Positions 45,630 to 53,999 of a stretch of DNA of 64,000 bases are shown here, piece after piece. The position numbers were made by a program, and so were the translations under genes. Every line of letters starts with the position of its first letter. Positions within the stretch are counted from its first letter, which is position 1. Origin of the DNA: a virus; IMG/VR virus record IMGVR_UViG_3300048855_000163, positions 39-64,038 of that record. One strand, 5' to 3'. The notes beneath the pieces were generated by a model. It ran no database searches, was not told the DNA's origin, and saw only the letters and a list, made by a program, of their open reading frames with translations.

Positions 45630-46328
45630 ATGGACTACACCACCTACGTCTCCGACATCGCCCAGCTGATGACGGTCGACGCGAGCGATCCCGATTTCCT
45701 GGCGATCCTCACGGCCATCATTAATGCCGGCGAGCAGCGGATCTATCGGGAACTCGATTTCCTCGCGACCGTCGTGACGGATGATAGCCTGACGCTCGCG
45801 GCCAACGCCCGGAAGCTGACAATCCCGACCGATTTCATCGTCGTGAACGCGATCGGCGTCATCACCCCGGCCGGCGCGACCTATGAGACGGGCGAGCTGA
45901 AGCCCCTGACGCCGGTTTCGGTCGACTACATCAACGCCGTCTGGCCATCGACGCAAGGCGCCTCGGTTCCGACCGTCTTCGCCATGCTGACGCAATGGGA
46001 CGCGCTGATAGGGCCGGCTTCTGACGACGCCTATGCCGTGCATGTGATCGGCACGCAGCGGCCCGAACCGTTGTCCGCCGCGAACTCGACCACCTTCCTG
46101 ACGCAGTACCTCTACGACCTGTTCCTCGCGTCCTCGATGATCTTTGGCGCGGGCTACCAGCGGGATTTTGGCGCTCAGTCCGACGACCCCCGGCTCGCCG
46201 CGTCCTGGCAGCAGCAATACGACGCCCTCAAGACGCCAGCTCTGGTGGAGGAGGCCCGCAAGAAGTTTCAGAGTTCGGCGTGGTCCTCCATGTCACCCGC
46301 GCCCGCGGCAACGCCGTCGCGAGGCTGA
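45630..46328 (+). CDS. Tail adaptor/tube A-like protein
   Basis: MDYTTY...I...I...EQRIYREL...P.P..AY...S..N.TT.L....DL. Confidence 0.75.
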   Translation: MDYTTYVSDIAQLMTVDASDPDFLAILTAIINAGEQRIYRELDFLATVVTDDSLTLAANARKLTIPTDFIVVNAIGVITPAGATYETGELKPLTPVSVDYINAVWPSTQGASVPTVFAMLTQWDALIGPASDDAYAVHVIGTQRPEPLSAANSTTFLTQYLYDLFLASSMIFGAGYQRDFGAQSDDPRLAASWQQQYDALKTPALVEEARKKFQSSAWSSMSPAPAATPSRG

Positions 46329-46331
46329 CCC

Positions 46332-48347
46332 GTGCCCGAAATTCCGGTTCGCCTCCGTCCCGGCATCAATGCCGACTTCACGCCTTCGCTCAATGAGGGC
46401 GGCTGGTCGGCTGGCAATCTCATCCGCTGGCGCGACGGCATGCCCGAGAAATTGGGCGGATGGGCGAAGTTCTATCCGTTCACGATCTCCTCGATCGTCC
46501 GGGCGCTGCACGCTTGGGAGGCGCTGGACACGACACGGTATCTGGCCGTCGGCGCGGAAGCCTCGCTCAGCGTCATCTCTGCCGGATACAACAAGGTCAT
46601 CACGCCGCAGACGCTCACGACGAATAACGCGCCCAATTTCACGACGACGTCCGGGAGCAATCAGGTCCGGGTCAATGATGCCGTCGGCGCCGTCACGATG
46701 GACGATACGGTCATCATTCAAACCCCGATCTCGGTCGGCGGTCTCATTCTGAGCGGCGCCTATCCGATCGCACAATCGACCGGGGCGAACAGCTACATCA
46801 TCCTTGCCGCGTCCAACGCCACCGCGTCCGTGACGAGCGGGGGCGTTGTCCCGATATTCGATACGACTGCCGGCCAGCCCTTCGTTCAGGTCACATTCCC
46901 GAACCACGGCTATTCGGTGGGGGACACGGCGAATTTCCCCATCGCCACGAGCGTCGGCGGCTTGACGATACGCGGGCTCTACACCGTCACGACGGTCTCG
47001 AACGCCAACGTCTTCTCGATCACCGCGCCCAATCAGGCGAACGCGACCGCAACCGTCACCATGAACGGCGGCAATGCGCGGCTGCTCTACCAGCTGGCGG
47101 TCGGGCCGCCACCTCTGGGCGTCGGCTGGGGAATCGGCGGCTATGGTCTCGGGGGCTATGGCACCGGCGTCGTCCCGCCGCCGGCTGTCGGAATGCCGAT
47201 CACCGCGACCGATTGGACGCTCGACAACTGGGGCGAAGATCTCGTCGCCTGTCCGAGCGGTGGCCCGATCTATATCTGGTCGCCGAGCAACGGCATAAGC
47301 ACGGCCCGGATGATCGGGCAAGGCCCCATCGCCAACGGCGGCATCTTCGTCGCGATGCCGGAACAGCAGATTATCGCTTGGGCATCTGACGTTGAGGGTG
47401 TCCAGGACCCGCTTCTCGTCCGCTGGTGCGATATCGGCGACTACACGGTCTGGACGGCGGCCTCGACCAATCAGGCCGGCTCCTATCGCATCCCGACCGG
47501 AAGCCGGATCGTCGGGGGCATTCAGGCGAGCCAACAGGGCGTTCTGTGGACCGACATCGACGTGTGGTCGATGCAGTACATCGGCTATCCGCTCGTCTAC
47601 GGCTTCAACAAGCTCGGCTCCGGCTGCGGCCTCGTCGGCAAGCATGCCATGGGGATGCTCAACAACGTCGTCTATTGGATGGGCCTTGATCAGTTCTATG
47701 CCCTTGAAGGCGGCGAGGTCATTCCGATCCCGTGCCCCGTGTGGGATGTGATCTTTCAGGACCTCGACACGACACAGCTTGAAAAGGTGAGGGCGGCTCC
47801 CTCGAGCGGCTTCAACGAGATTGCCTGGTTCTATCCGTCGAAGTCTGGCGGCACAGGCGAGGTGGACAGCTATGTCAAGTTCAACGTGCTGCAAGCCGCT
47901 TGGGACTACGGCAAGCTCTCGCGTACGGCCTGGATCGATCAATCCATTCTCGGGGAGCCGATCGGCGCCGACCCGTCCGGCTATATCTACCAGCACGAGA
48001 TTGCCGAGGACGCCGACGGCCATCCCATGTCGTCATGGGTGCAGAGCGGCAATTGGATGGTCTCGGAAGGCACGAACTTCGCCTTCGTCGATCGCTTCAT
48101 CCCCGATTTCAAGTTCGGGAAGTTCGGATCGACACAGGACGCGCAGAACACCGTCACCATTTCGGGCGTCGCCTATCCGGCCGATCCGCCTTGGGTGAAG
48201 GGGCCTTACCCGGCCAACGAGAACACCCGTTTCATCACGACGCACATGCGAGCCCGCGAATTGGCGGTTCGCATCGATTTCGACCCGCACAACTGGTCGC
48301 GCCTCGGCAATGTCCGCTACCGCGGCGCGCCGGCAGGCAGGAGGTAA
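46332..48347 (+). CDS. Tail nozzle/tube B-like protein
   Basis: 671-aa beta-rich protein; PGIN...GGW...IRWR.G.PEKLGGW, W.LDNWGEDL, LLVRW.D. Confidence 0.8.
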   Translation: MPEIPVRLRPGINADFTPSLNEGGWSAGNLIRWRDGMPEKLGGWAKFYPFTISSIVRALHAWEALDTTRYLAVGAEASLSVISAGYNKVITPQTLTTNNAPNFTTTSGSNQVRVNDAVGAVTMDDTVIIQTPISVGGLILSGAYPIAQSTGANSYIILAASNATASVTSGGVVPIFDTTAGQPFVQVTFPNHGYSVGDTANFPIATSVGGLTIRGLYTVTTVSNANVFSITAPNQANATATVTMNGGNARLLYQLAVGPPPLGVGWGIGGYGLGGYGTGVVPPPAVGMPITATDWTLDNWGEDLVACPSGGPIYIWSPSNGISTARMIGQGPIANGGIFVAMPEQQIIAWASDVEGVQDPLLVRWCDIGDYTVWTAASTNQAGSYRIPTGSRIVGGIQASQQGVLWTDIDVWSMQYIGYPLVYGFNKLGSGCGLVGKHAMGMLNNVVYWMGLDQFYALEGGEVIPIPCPVWDVIFQDLDTTQLEKVRAAPSSGFNEIAWFYPSKSGGTGEVDSYVKFNVLQAAWDYGKLSRTAWIDQSILGEPIGADPSGYIYQHEIAEDADGHPMSSWVQSGNWMVSEGTNFAFVDRFIPDFKFGKFGSTQDAQNTVTISGVAYPADPPWVKGPYPANENTRFITTHMRARELAVRIDFDPHNWSRLGNVRYRGAPAGRR

Positions 48348-48348
48348 T

Positions 48349-48603
48349 ATGGACCAAGTCCCAGGCACGAACACTGGCTTCCTGAAAATCAACGGCCTCG
48401 CCGACATCTTCACGGCGCTAAAAAACGTCGTGATCGCCATTAACGCGATTGCCACCGCCATTCAGAACAGCTTCCCGCAGGCGACCGGCACGGCGACATC
48501 GGCCACGGCCGGCAGCATCACGCCCCCGGGCCAGGTCAAAGGCTACATTACCATCACTCTGCCCGACGGGTCGCCGGGCAAGGTGCCCTATTACGGGGCG
48601 TGA
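48349..48603 (+). CDS. Small structural protein
   Basis: GGAGGT RBS; GYI.I.L..G....VPYY. Confidence 0.65.
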   Translation: MDQVPGTNTGFLKINGLADIFTALKNVVIAINAIATAIQNSFPQATGTATSATAGSITPPGQVKGYITITLPDGSPGKVPYYGA

Positions 48604-48604
48604 G

Positions 48605-48982
48605 ATGAATGAGCCGCTTCATGTCGGCCCGTTGCATGCCGCAACCGGGGGCAGAACCGATGTTCTCAACATCAGCGTGCCTGCGGATTCATTCGTCATT
48701 CCGGCCGATATCGTCTCAGGCCTCGGCGAGGGCAACACGCTCGCCGGGATGAAGATCATGGAACAGATGTTTCCCAATTCGTCGCCCGGCAAAGCACCGA
48801 TGGCGCGCGGCGGCGTGCCGATCGTCGCGGCCGGCGGCGAGTTTGTCGTGTCGCCAGAAGATGTGGCCGCGGTTGGCCAAGGCGATCTCGAACACGGCCA
48901 CAAAGTCTTGGACGCTTTCGTAAAGAAGTCGCGCAAGCAAATCGTCAAGACCACCAGCAAGCTGCCTGGACCCCACAAATAG
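48605..48982 (+). CDS. Small internal virion protein (putative)
   Basis: GGRTD.L...VP..S.VIPADIVS.LGEGNT.AG; MARGGV. Confidence 0.7.
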   Translation: MNEPLHVGPLHAATGGRTDVLNISVPADSFVIPADIVSGLGEGNTLAGMKIMEQMFPNSSPGKAPMARGGVPIVAAGGEFVVSPEDVAAVGQGDLEHGHKVLDAFVKKSRKQIVKTTSKLPGPHK

Positions 48983-48983
48983 C

Positions 48984-49928
48984 ATGAATGACATGACTGT
49001 GCGCACGGCCTGCCCTCGCGACGAGGACGGGATCGTAGAGCTATGCCGACTCGCCCACGCTGAAATCGGACCCTATCCCTTCAGCGGAGCCCGTGTTCGG
49101 GATCGGGTGTCCGCCGCCGTTAACAAGCGGCAGGGCGTCGCCCTCGTCTCTGGCGAGCCCGGCAACCTGACAGGCATGGCGATCGTCTCGCTCGATATGC
49201 CCTGGTACTCGCGCGAGCCGCGGGTCAATGAGCTGGTCAGCTACGTCAGGCCGGAGCATCGCCGCAGCACCATTGCCAAGGATTTCCTGCGCAAGGAAGT
49301 CGAGATCGCCGATTCACTCGGGGCGGCTCTCATTTGTGGTGTCCCGGCGCATGACGCTGCCGGCGGAAAGCGCCGCCTTTACGAGCGCCATCTTGGAGAG
49401 ACCGTCGGGGCGTCCTTCATCTTCAAGCCGGACGGCGCGGACCCGGAGGAGCTTTACCGAGGCTGCCCGGCGGTTCGCATTGCCACACCCGACGATGCAA
49501 CGGCGGTGCGTGACTGCTGCCTGTTGAACCACGCCGAGAACGGCGTCGCGCCGCTCGATGAGGACCGCCTCATGAAGGCGCTCTTTGGCGGCATGACCGG
49601 GCAGGACGGGCTTGTCGGGATCATTTCCCGCAATGGCCGTGTCGAGGGCATCGTCGACCTTCAGGTGACGCAACCCTGGTTCAGCGAGCAGCCGGTCTGG
49701 CTCGAGCGCGGGGTTTACGTCCATCCGCAATGCCGGACGCGCGACCACGGCGCTCAGCTTCTGCGCTTCGCCAAGTTCATCGCGGCCCGCAATGCCATGC
49801 CGCTCGAAATCGGCGTGCTCGCCCGCGTCAGGGTGGCCGCCAAGCTTCGCTACTACCGCCGGGAATTCGGAGATCCGGTGAGCTTCGTCTTCTTGCGCGA
49901 CGGATCCGGCGCGAAATCTGCCGACTAA
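48984..49928 (+). CDS. Tandem double GNAT-like protein
   Basis: Two units VR.A.P.D...PW(Y/F)S.....E...YV.P..R. Confidence 0.78.
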   Translation: MNDMTVRTACPRDEDGIVELCRLAHAEIGPYPFSGARVRDRVSAAVNKRQGVALVSGEPGNLTGMAIVSLDMPWYSREPRVNELVSYVRPEHRRSTIAKDFLRKEVEIADSLGAALICGVPAHDAAGGKRRLYERHLGETVGASFIFKPDGADPEELYRGCPAVRIATPDDATAVRDCCLLNHAENGVAPLDEDRLMKALFGGMTGQDGLVGIISRNGRVEGIVDLQVTQPWFSEQPVWLERGVYVHPQCRTRDHGAQLLRFAKFIAARNAMPLEIGVLARVRVAAKLRYYRREFGDPVSFVFLRDGSGAKSAD

Positions 49929-49940
49929 GGAAAAATAAGA

Positions 49941-52900
49941 ATGGGCAGCAAGGACTCTACGGTTACGCAGCAGACGCAACCGAACCCGATTGCGATGGCC
50001 AACTATCAGGCCGTCATGGGACGGGCGAACAATGTTGCGAGCACACCGTATCAGCCTTACACGGGGCAGCTCGTCGCGGGTCTTTCGCCGACGCAGCAAT
50101 CCGGCATTCAGAACCTGAACAACGCCCAGGGAGCCGCCAATCCCTATTTGCAGACCGCGCAGGGGTTGATCGGGCAGGGGACACAGCAGATCACGCCGCA
50201 AGGGTTCTCGTCGGGAGCCCTGCAGCAGTACATGAATCCGTACCAGCAGCAGGTCATCGACTCGACGATGGCCAATATCGGCGAGACGAATGCGCAGCAG
50301 GCCCAGCAGTTGAAGGGCAATGCGGTCGCCTCGGGGGCCTTCGGTGGGGATCGTGCGGGCGTCGCTCAGGCAGAATTGGCACGCCAGCAGGGGCTTGCCA
50401 GCAATCAGACGCTCGCCGGCCTCAACTCGCAGAACTACAGCCAAGCGCTTGGCGAATTCAATACGCAGCAACAGATGGGCTTGTCCGCCTCACAGGCGAA
50501 TGCCCAGAACGCGTTGCAGGGGGCTTCGCTCTCCGGTGGCCTTGGACAGCTCGCGAGCAGCACGGCCATTCAAGGCGCGATGGCTCAGCTCTATGGTGGC
50601 GGTCTCGACCAGCAGACGCAGCAGAACATCCTCAACAGCGCCTATCAGCAGTGGCAGAACCAGCAGTCTTATCCGTTCCAGACGACCGGCTGGCTCGCCA
50701 ATATCGCTGAAGGCACCGGCTCTCAGATGGGCGGCTCTTCATCATCGACGCAGCCGGGCCCGAGCGCTGCCTCGCAGATCGGCGGCGCTGCACTTGGCAC
50801 GGTTGGCATGCTCGGCGCGACCGGCGCATTTGGCTCGGCCGGTTGGCTCACCGGATTGCTTGGTCTTTCCGATATCCACGCGAAGGAAGATGTTCAGGAG
50901 GTCGGCAAGACCTTCGACGGGCAGCCGATTGTCAAATTTCGTTACAAAGGCGACCCGACCCCTCGCATGGGCCTTATCGCTCAAGAGGTGGAGAAGACCC
51001 ACCCGGAAGCTGTCCATCCCATTCCCGGACTCGGTGGCCTGAAAGGTGTCGACTACGATCTCGCAACGGCGGACTCTGCTCGAAAGGGTAAGTTCGCCGT
51101 TGGTGGCGTGCCGGCGCCCTATGGTCAGGATGCCCCTGGCATCGTGCCCGACCCCGCCATGCAGGTGACGCGTGGTCTTGGGCCGCCGCCTCCACCGAAG
51201 CCGGAGACGCCCGAAGACCCGATGCAGCAGGTCTTCAACGCGATCCCCACGCTAAAGGGCATCCGCAACGACATGGGCGCCGGAAACGCCGCGCCGCAGA
51301 AGGTCGTTTCGCCCATTCAAAATATGGATCTGAACCAGGCCGCGCGCGGTGGTGCGATCCACATGGCGATGGGCGGTGTCCCTTACACCGATGCGCCGCC
51401 GGTCGCGGGCCTCGGCGCGCTCACGCCCGCAATGCCGGGCAACGATAATTCGGATCAGGGCGGCGGCTCTTCCGGTCTCGGGGGGGCCTTCTTCCGCCCG
51501 ATCGGTCAGTTCGCAGCTAACGGCATGCCTGATCCCAACGGCTACCGGCAGTGGAAGGACGCTACCGGCGGAACGATGTCGTTCGATAATTGGCAGAGGG
51601 GGCAGGGCGTTCTTTCAGGCCTCGGCGCAACACCGACGGTCGCCGATGTGGTCCAGCGGGCGCCGTGGATGGGCGGTGATCAAGCCATGCAGCTGCTCCA
51701 GACCGGACATATCGCGCCGGCTGCGAACAGCAACAGCGATATGGTCTCGCGTGTCGCGAATGCCGTTCCTGCGCTTAAGCAGATCCGCGATCGGGCGCGC
51801 GGCGGCGCGGTGCAGGGCTTCGCCGATGGCGGCTCGCCGGATGATGGATTTGTCATTCCCCCGGCTGCCGTTGCTGGGCTCGGCTCGCTCGTCGGCGCGC
51901 CAATGCCCGACATGACGCCAGCCCCGGTCGCCGGACTTGGCGCGCTCGACCTCAGCTCGCCGGCCGTCCGCGGGCGGGTTGCTCCGCTTGCCGGCGATAC
52001 AATCGCGCCCCCGGCGAATGCCCAACGCATCGACAGCTCGCGCGATATGGTCGCCCCGCCGCGAGACCCGGCCTATCGGGTCAATCCGGCTGATACGGTC
52101 GCGCCGGACGGGTCGAACCCCGTCAGCCTCGTCGATGTCGCCCGGCAGAAGGAACAGCAATACAACCTGCCCCCCGGCACGCTCATGGGAACGGTCAATC
52201 TCGAATCCCATTGGAACCCGAACGCGAGAAATCCGAACTCGAGCGCGGCGGGTCTCCTTCAGTTCACGGATTCGACCGCCCGGCAATATGGGCTGACAAA
52301 CCCCTTCGACCCCTACGCCAGCCTCGACGCCGGGGCGCGCTTGGCAGCGGACAATCGCACGACGCTCGAAAAGGCGCTTGGGCGAGAGCCGACCGCGGCG
52401 GAATTGTACCTCGCTCACCAGCAAGGCGCCGGCGGCGCGATCAAGCTCCTGTCCAATCCAAATGCGCTCGCCTCCGATCTCGTCGGCCCCGATGCCGTAC
52501 GTCTCAATGGCGGCGATCCCGGCAGCACGACGGCGGGGCAGTTCGCGAACCTTTGGACGGGCAAGTTCAGCACTGATCCCGACCAATATAGCGCAGGTGC
52601 TCAGGATGGGCAGACTGCCGGGCTCGCTGATCTCCCGGTTGCAGGTGGTCACGAAACGCAGCTTCAGGGGCAAGCCGGCCTCGGGGCGCCCCAGAGCGAC
52701 GATGCCAAACAGAATGCATGGCTGGCCCTCGCGGCGGCCGGCTTCGGCATGATGGGCGGCAAGTCCAAATTTGCCGGTCAGAATATCGGCGAAGGTGCTC
52801 TTGCGGGCCTGCAGACCTATCTAGGGCTGCAGCAGAAAAACCGTCAGTACAACGTTCAGCAACAGGAACTTGGGCTCCGGGGACGCAGCGTCGATCTCGA

Positions 52901-53999
52901 TGCGCAGCGCTTGCAGCAGCAGGCTCAACAGTTCGCGCAGCAGCAGGGGCTTCGCCAACAGGAGGTCAATCTGCAGGGCAAGAACATCGAGAGCGAGGCT
53001 AACCTTCGCAATGTTCAGGCCGGCGCGCAGCGCTATCAGCAGACGATCACCCCGGCCGGCATCATGATCCGCGACACGCAGAACCCGGATCAGCCGCCGC
53101 GTCTTGTGCCGTTCTCTCAGCTTCAGACCGGCAGCACGGGAGCAGCGGCGCCGAGCGCGCCGACCGGAGCGGCTACACCCACGGGGCAGAGCGCTGGCGC
53201 AACGGGAGCGCCCGGTCAACCGGTTGCGGCCCCTTCAACGGCTGGCGCTGCTCCTCAGCCGGAGCCGATTGTGCCCGCCGCTCTCACCAGCGTGACGGAG
53301 CCGCCGCAGAACATCCCGATCAACTCCATGCTGTTTTCGCCGCAAGGTCAGCAGGTCGCCGTTGATCTCACCAAAAAGACCATGGAGAAGGCGAAAGATG
53401 ATTATGACAGCGCCCAGGGCGTGAAACTGCAGCTCGACCAAATGCAGCATGCTTTGCAGGCGCTGCCGGCAAGCGGGCTGTTGTCACAAGGGCCGGGCGT
53501 GAATGCGAGGACGGCATTCGCCAAGAGCGCCAATCAGGTCCTGCAGACCATAGGACTGCAGCCCTATTTCGATCCCAATGCGATTGGTTCGGTCGAAGAG
53601 CTGAACAAGCTGACGACGCGCCTTGGTTTCGATCTGGCGCGGTCTCTCGGCAGCCGCGAGGCCGGCTTCATCGTCAATCAGGCGGTCGCGGCGGTGCCCG
53701 GCGCCGAGAACACCAAGGCCGGTGCGCAGCGGATCATGGCAAGCCTGGATGCGGTCGCCCAGCGGCAGGCTGATTATTATGGCTTCATCCAAAAATGGGC
53801 GCAGCGCACCGGGGGTGATGTGACGGGAGCGGACCAGTATTTCAATCAGGTTAACCCACCGCAGAAATACGTGGATCGGGCTCTGATTTCCGTCGCGCCA
53901 CAGACAGATATCGCTGCCGTTCAGAAAGACCCCCGTCTTGCTACTCGCTTTGACCAGAAGTACGGCCAAGGTCTCTCGCGCTACGTTCTGGGACAGTAA
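49941..53999 (+). CDS. DNA ejection protein with internal S74 chaperone and transglycosylase domains
   Basis: Gln-rich N-terminus; SDIHAKED...MGLIAQEVEK..PEAV...VDY; NLES.WNPNA.N..SSA.GL.QF. Confidence 0.82.
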   Translation: MGSKDSTVTQQTQPNPIAMANYQAVMGRANNVASTPYQPYTGQLVAGLSPTQQSGIQNLNNAQGAANPYLQTAQGLIGQGTQQITPQGFSSGALQQYMNPYQQQVIDSTMANIGETNAQQAQQLKGNAVASGAFGGDRAGVAQAELARQQGLASNQTLAGLNSQNYSQALGEFNTQQQMGLSASQANAQNALQGASLSGGLGQLASSTAIQGAMAQLYGGGLDQQTQQNILNSAYQQWQNQQSYPFQTTGWLANIAEGTGSQMGGSSSSTQPGPSAASQIGGAALGTVGMLGATGAFGSAGWLTGLLGLSDIHAKEDVQEVGKTFDGQPIVKFRYKGDPTPRMGLIAQEVEKTHPEAVHPIPGLGGLKGVDYDLATADSARKGKFAVGGVPAPYGQDAPGIVPDPAMQVTRGLGPPPPPKPETPEDPMQQVFNAIPTLKGIRNDMGAGNAAPQKVVSPIQNMDLNQAARGGAIHMAMGGVPYTDAPPVAGLGALTPAMPGNDNSDQGGGSSGLGGAFFRPIGQFAANGMPDPNGYRQWKDATGGTMSFDNWQRGQGVLSGLGATPTVADVVQRAPWMGGDQAMQLLQTGHIAPAANSNSDMVSRVANAVPALKQIRDRARGGAVQGFADGGSPDDGFVIPPAAVAGLGSLVGAPMPDMTPAPVAGLGALDLSSPAVRGRVAPLAGDTIAPPANAQRIDSSRDMVAPPRDPAYRVNPADTVAPDGSNPVSLVDVARQKEQQYNLPPGTLMGTVNLESHWNPNARNPNSSAAGLLQFTDSTARQYGLTNPFDPYASLDAGARLAADNRTTLEKALGREPTAAELYLAHQQGAGGAIKLLSNPNALASDLVGPDAVRLNGGDPGSTTAGQFANLWTGKFSTDPDQYSAGAQDGQTAGLADLPVAGGHETQLQGQAGLGAPQSDDAKQNAWLALAAAGFGMMGGKSKFAGQNIGEGALAGLQTYLGLQQKNRQYNVQQQELGLRGRSVDLDAQRLQQQAQQFAQQQGLRQQEVNLQGKNIESEANLRNVQAGAQRYQQTITPAGIMIRDTQNPDQPPRLVPFSQLQTGSTGAAAPSAPTGAATPTGQSAGATGAPGQPVAAPSTAGAAPQPEPIVPAALTSVTEPPQNIPINSMLFSPQGQQVAVDLTKKTMEKAKDDYDSAQGVKLQLDQMQHALQALPASGLLSQGPGVNARTAFAKSANQVLQTIGLQPYFDPNAIGSVEELNKLTTRLGFDLARSLGSREAGFIVNQAVAAVPGAENTKAGAQRIMASLDAVAQRQADYYGFIQKWAQRTGGDVTGADQYFNQVNPPQKYVDRALISVAPQTDIAAVQKDPRLATRFDQKYGQGLSRYVLGQ

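Noticed and set aside
46293-48023. Long minus-strand ORFs in the virion region (also 49314-50471, 51615-52673, 55322-56347)
   Set aside because: High-GC antisense shadows of well-supported structural genes
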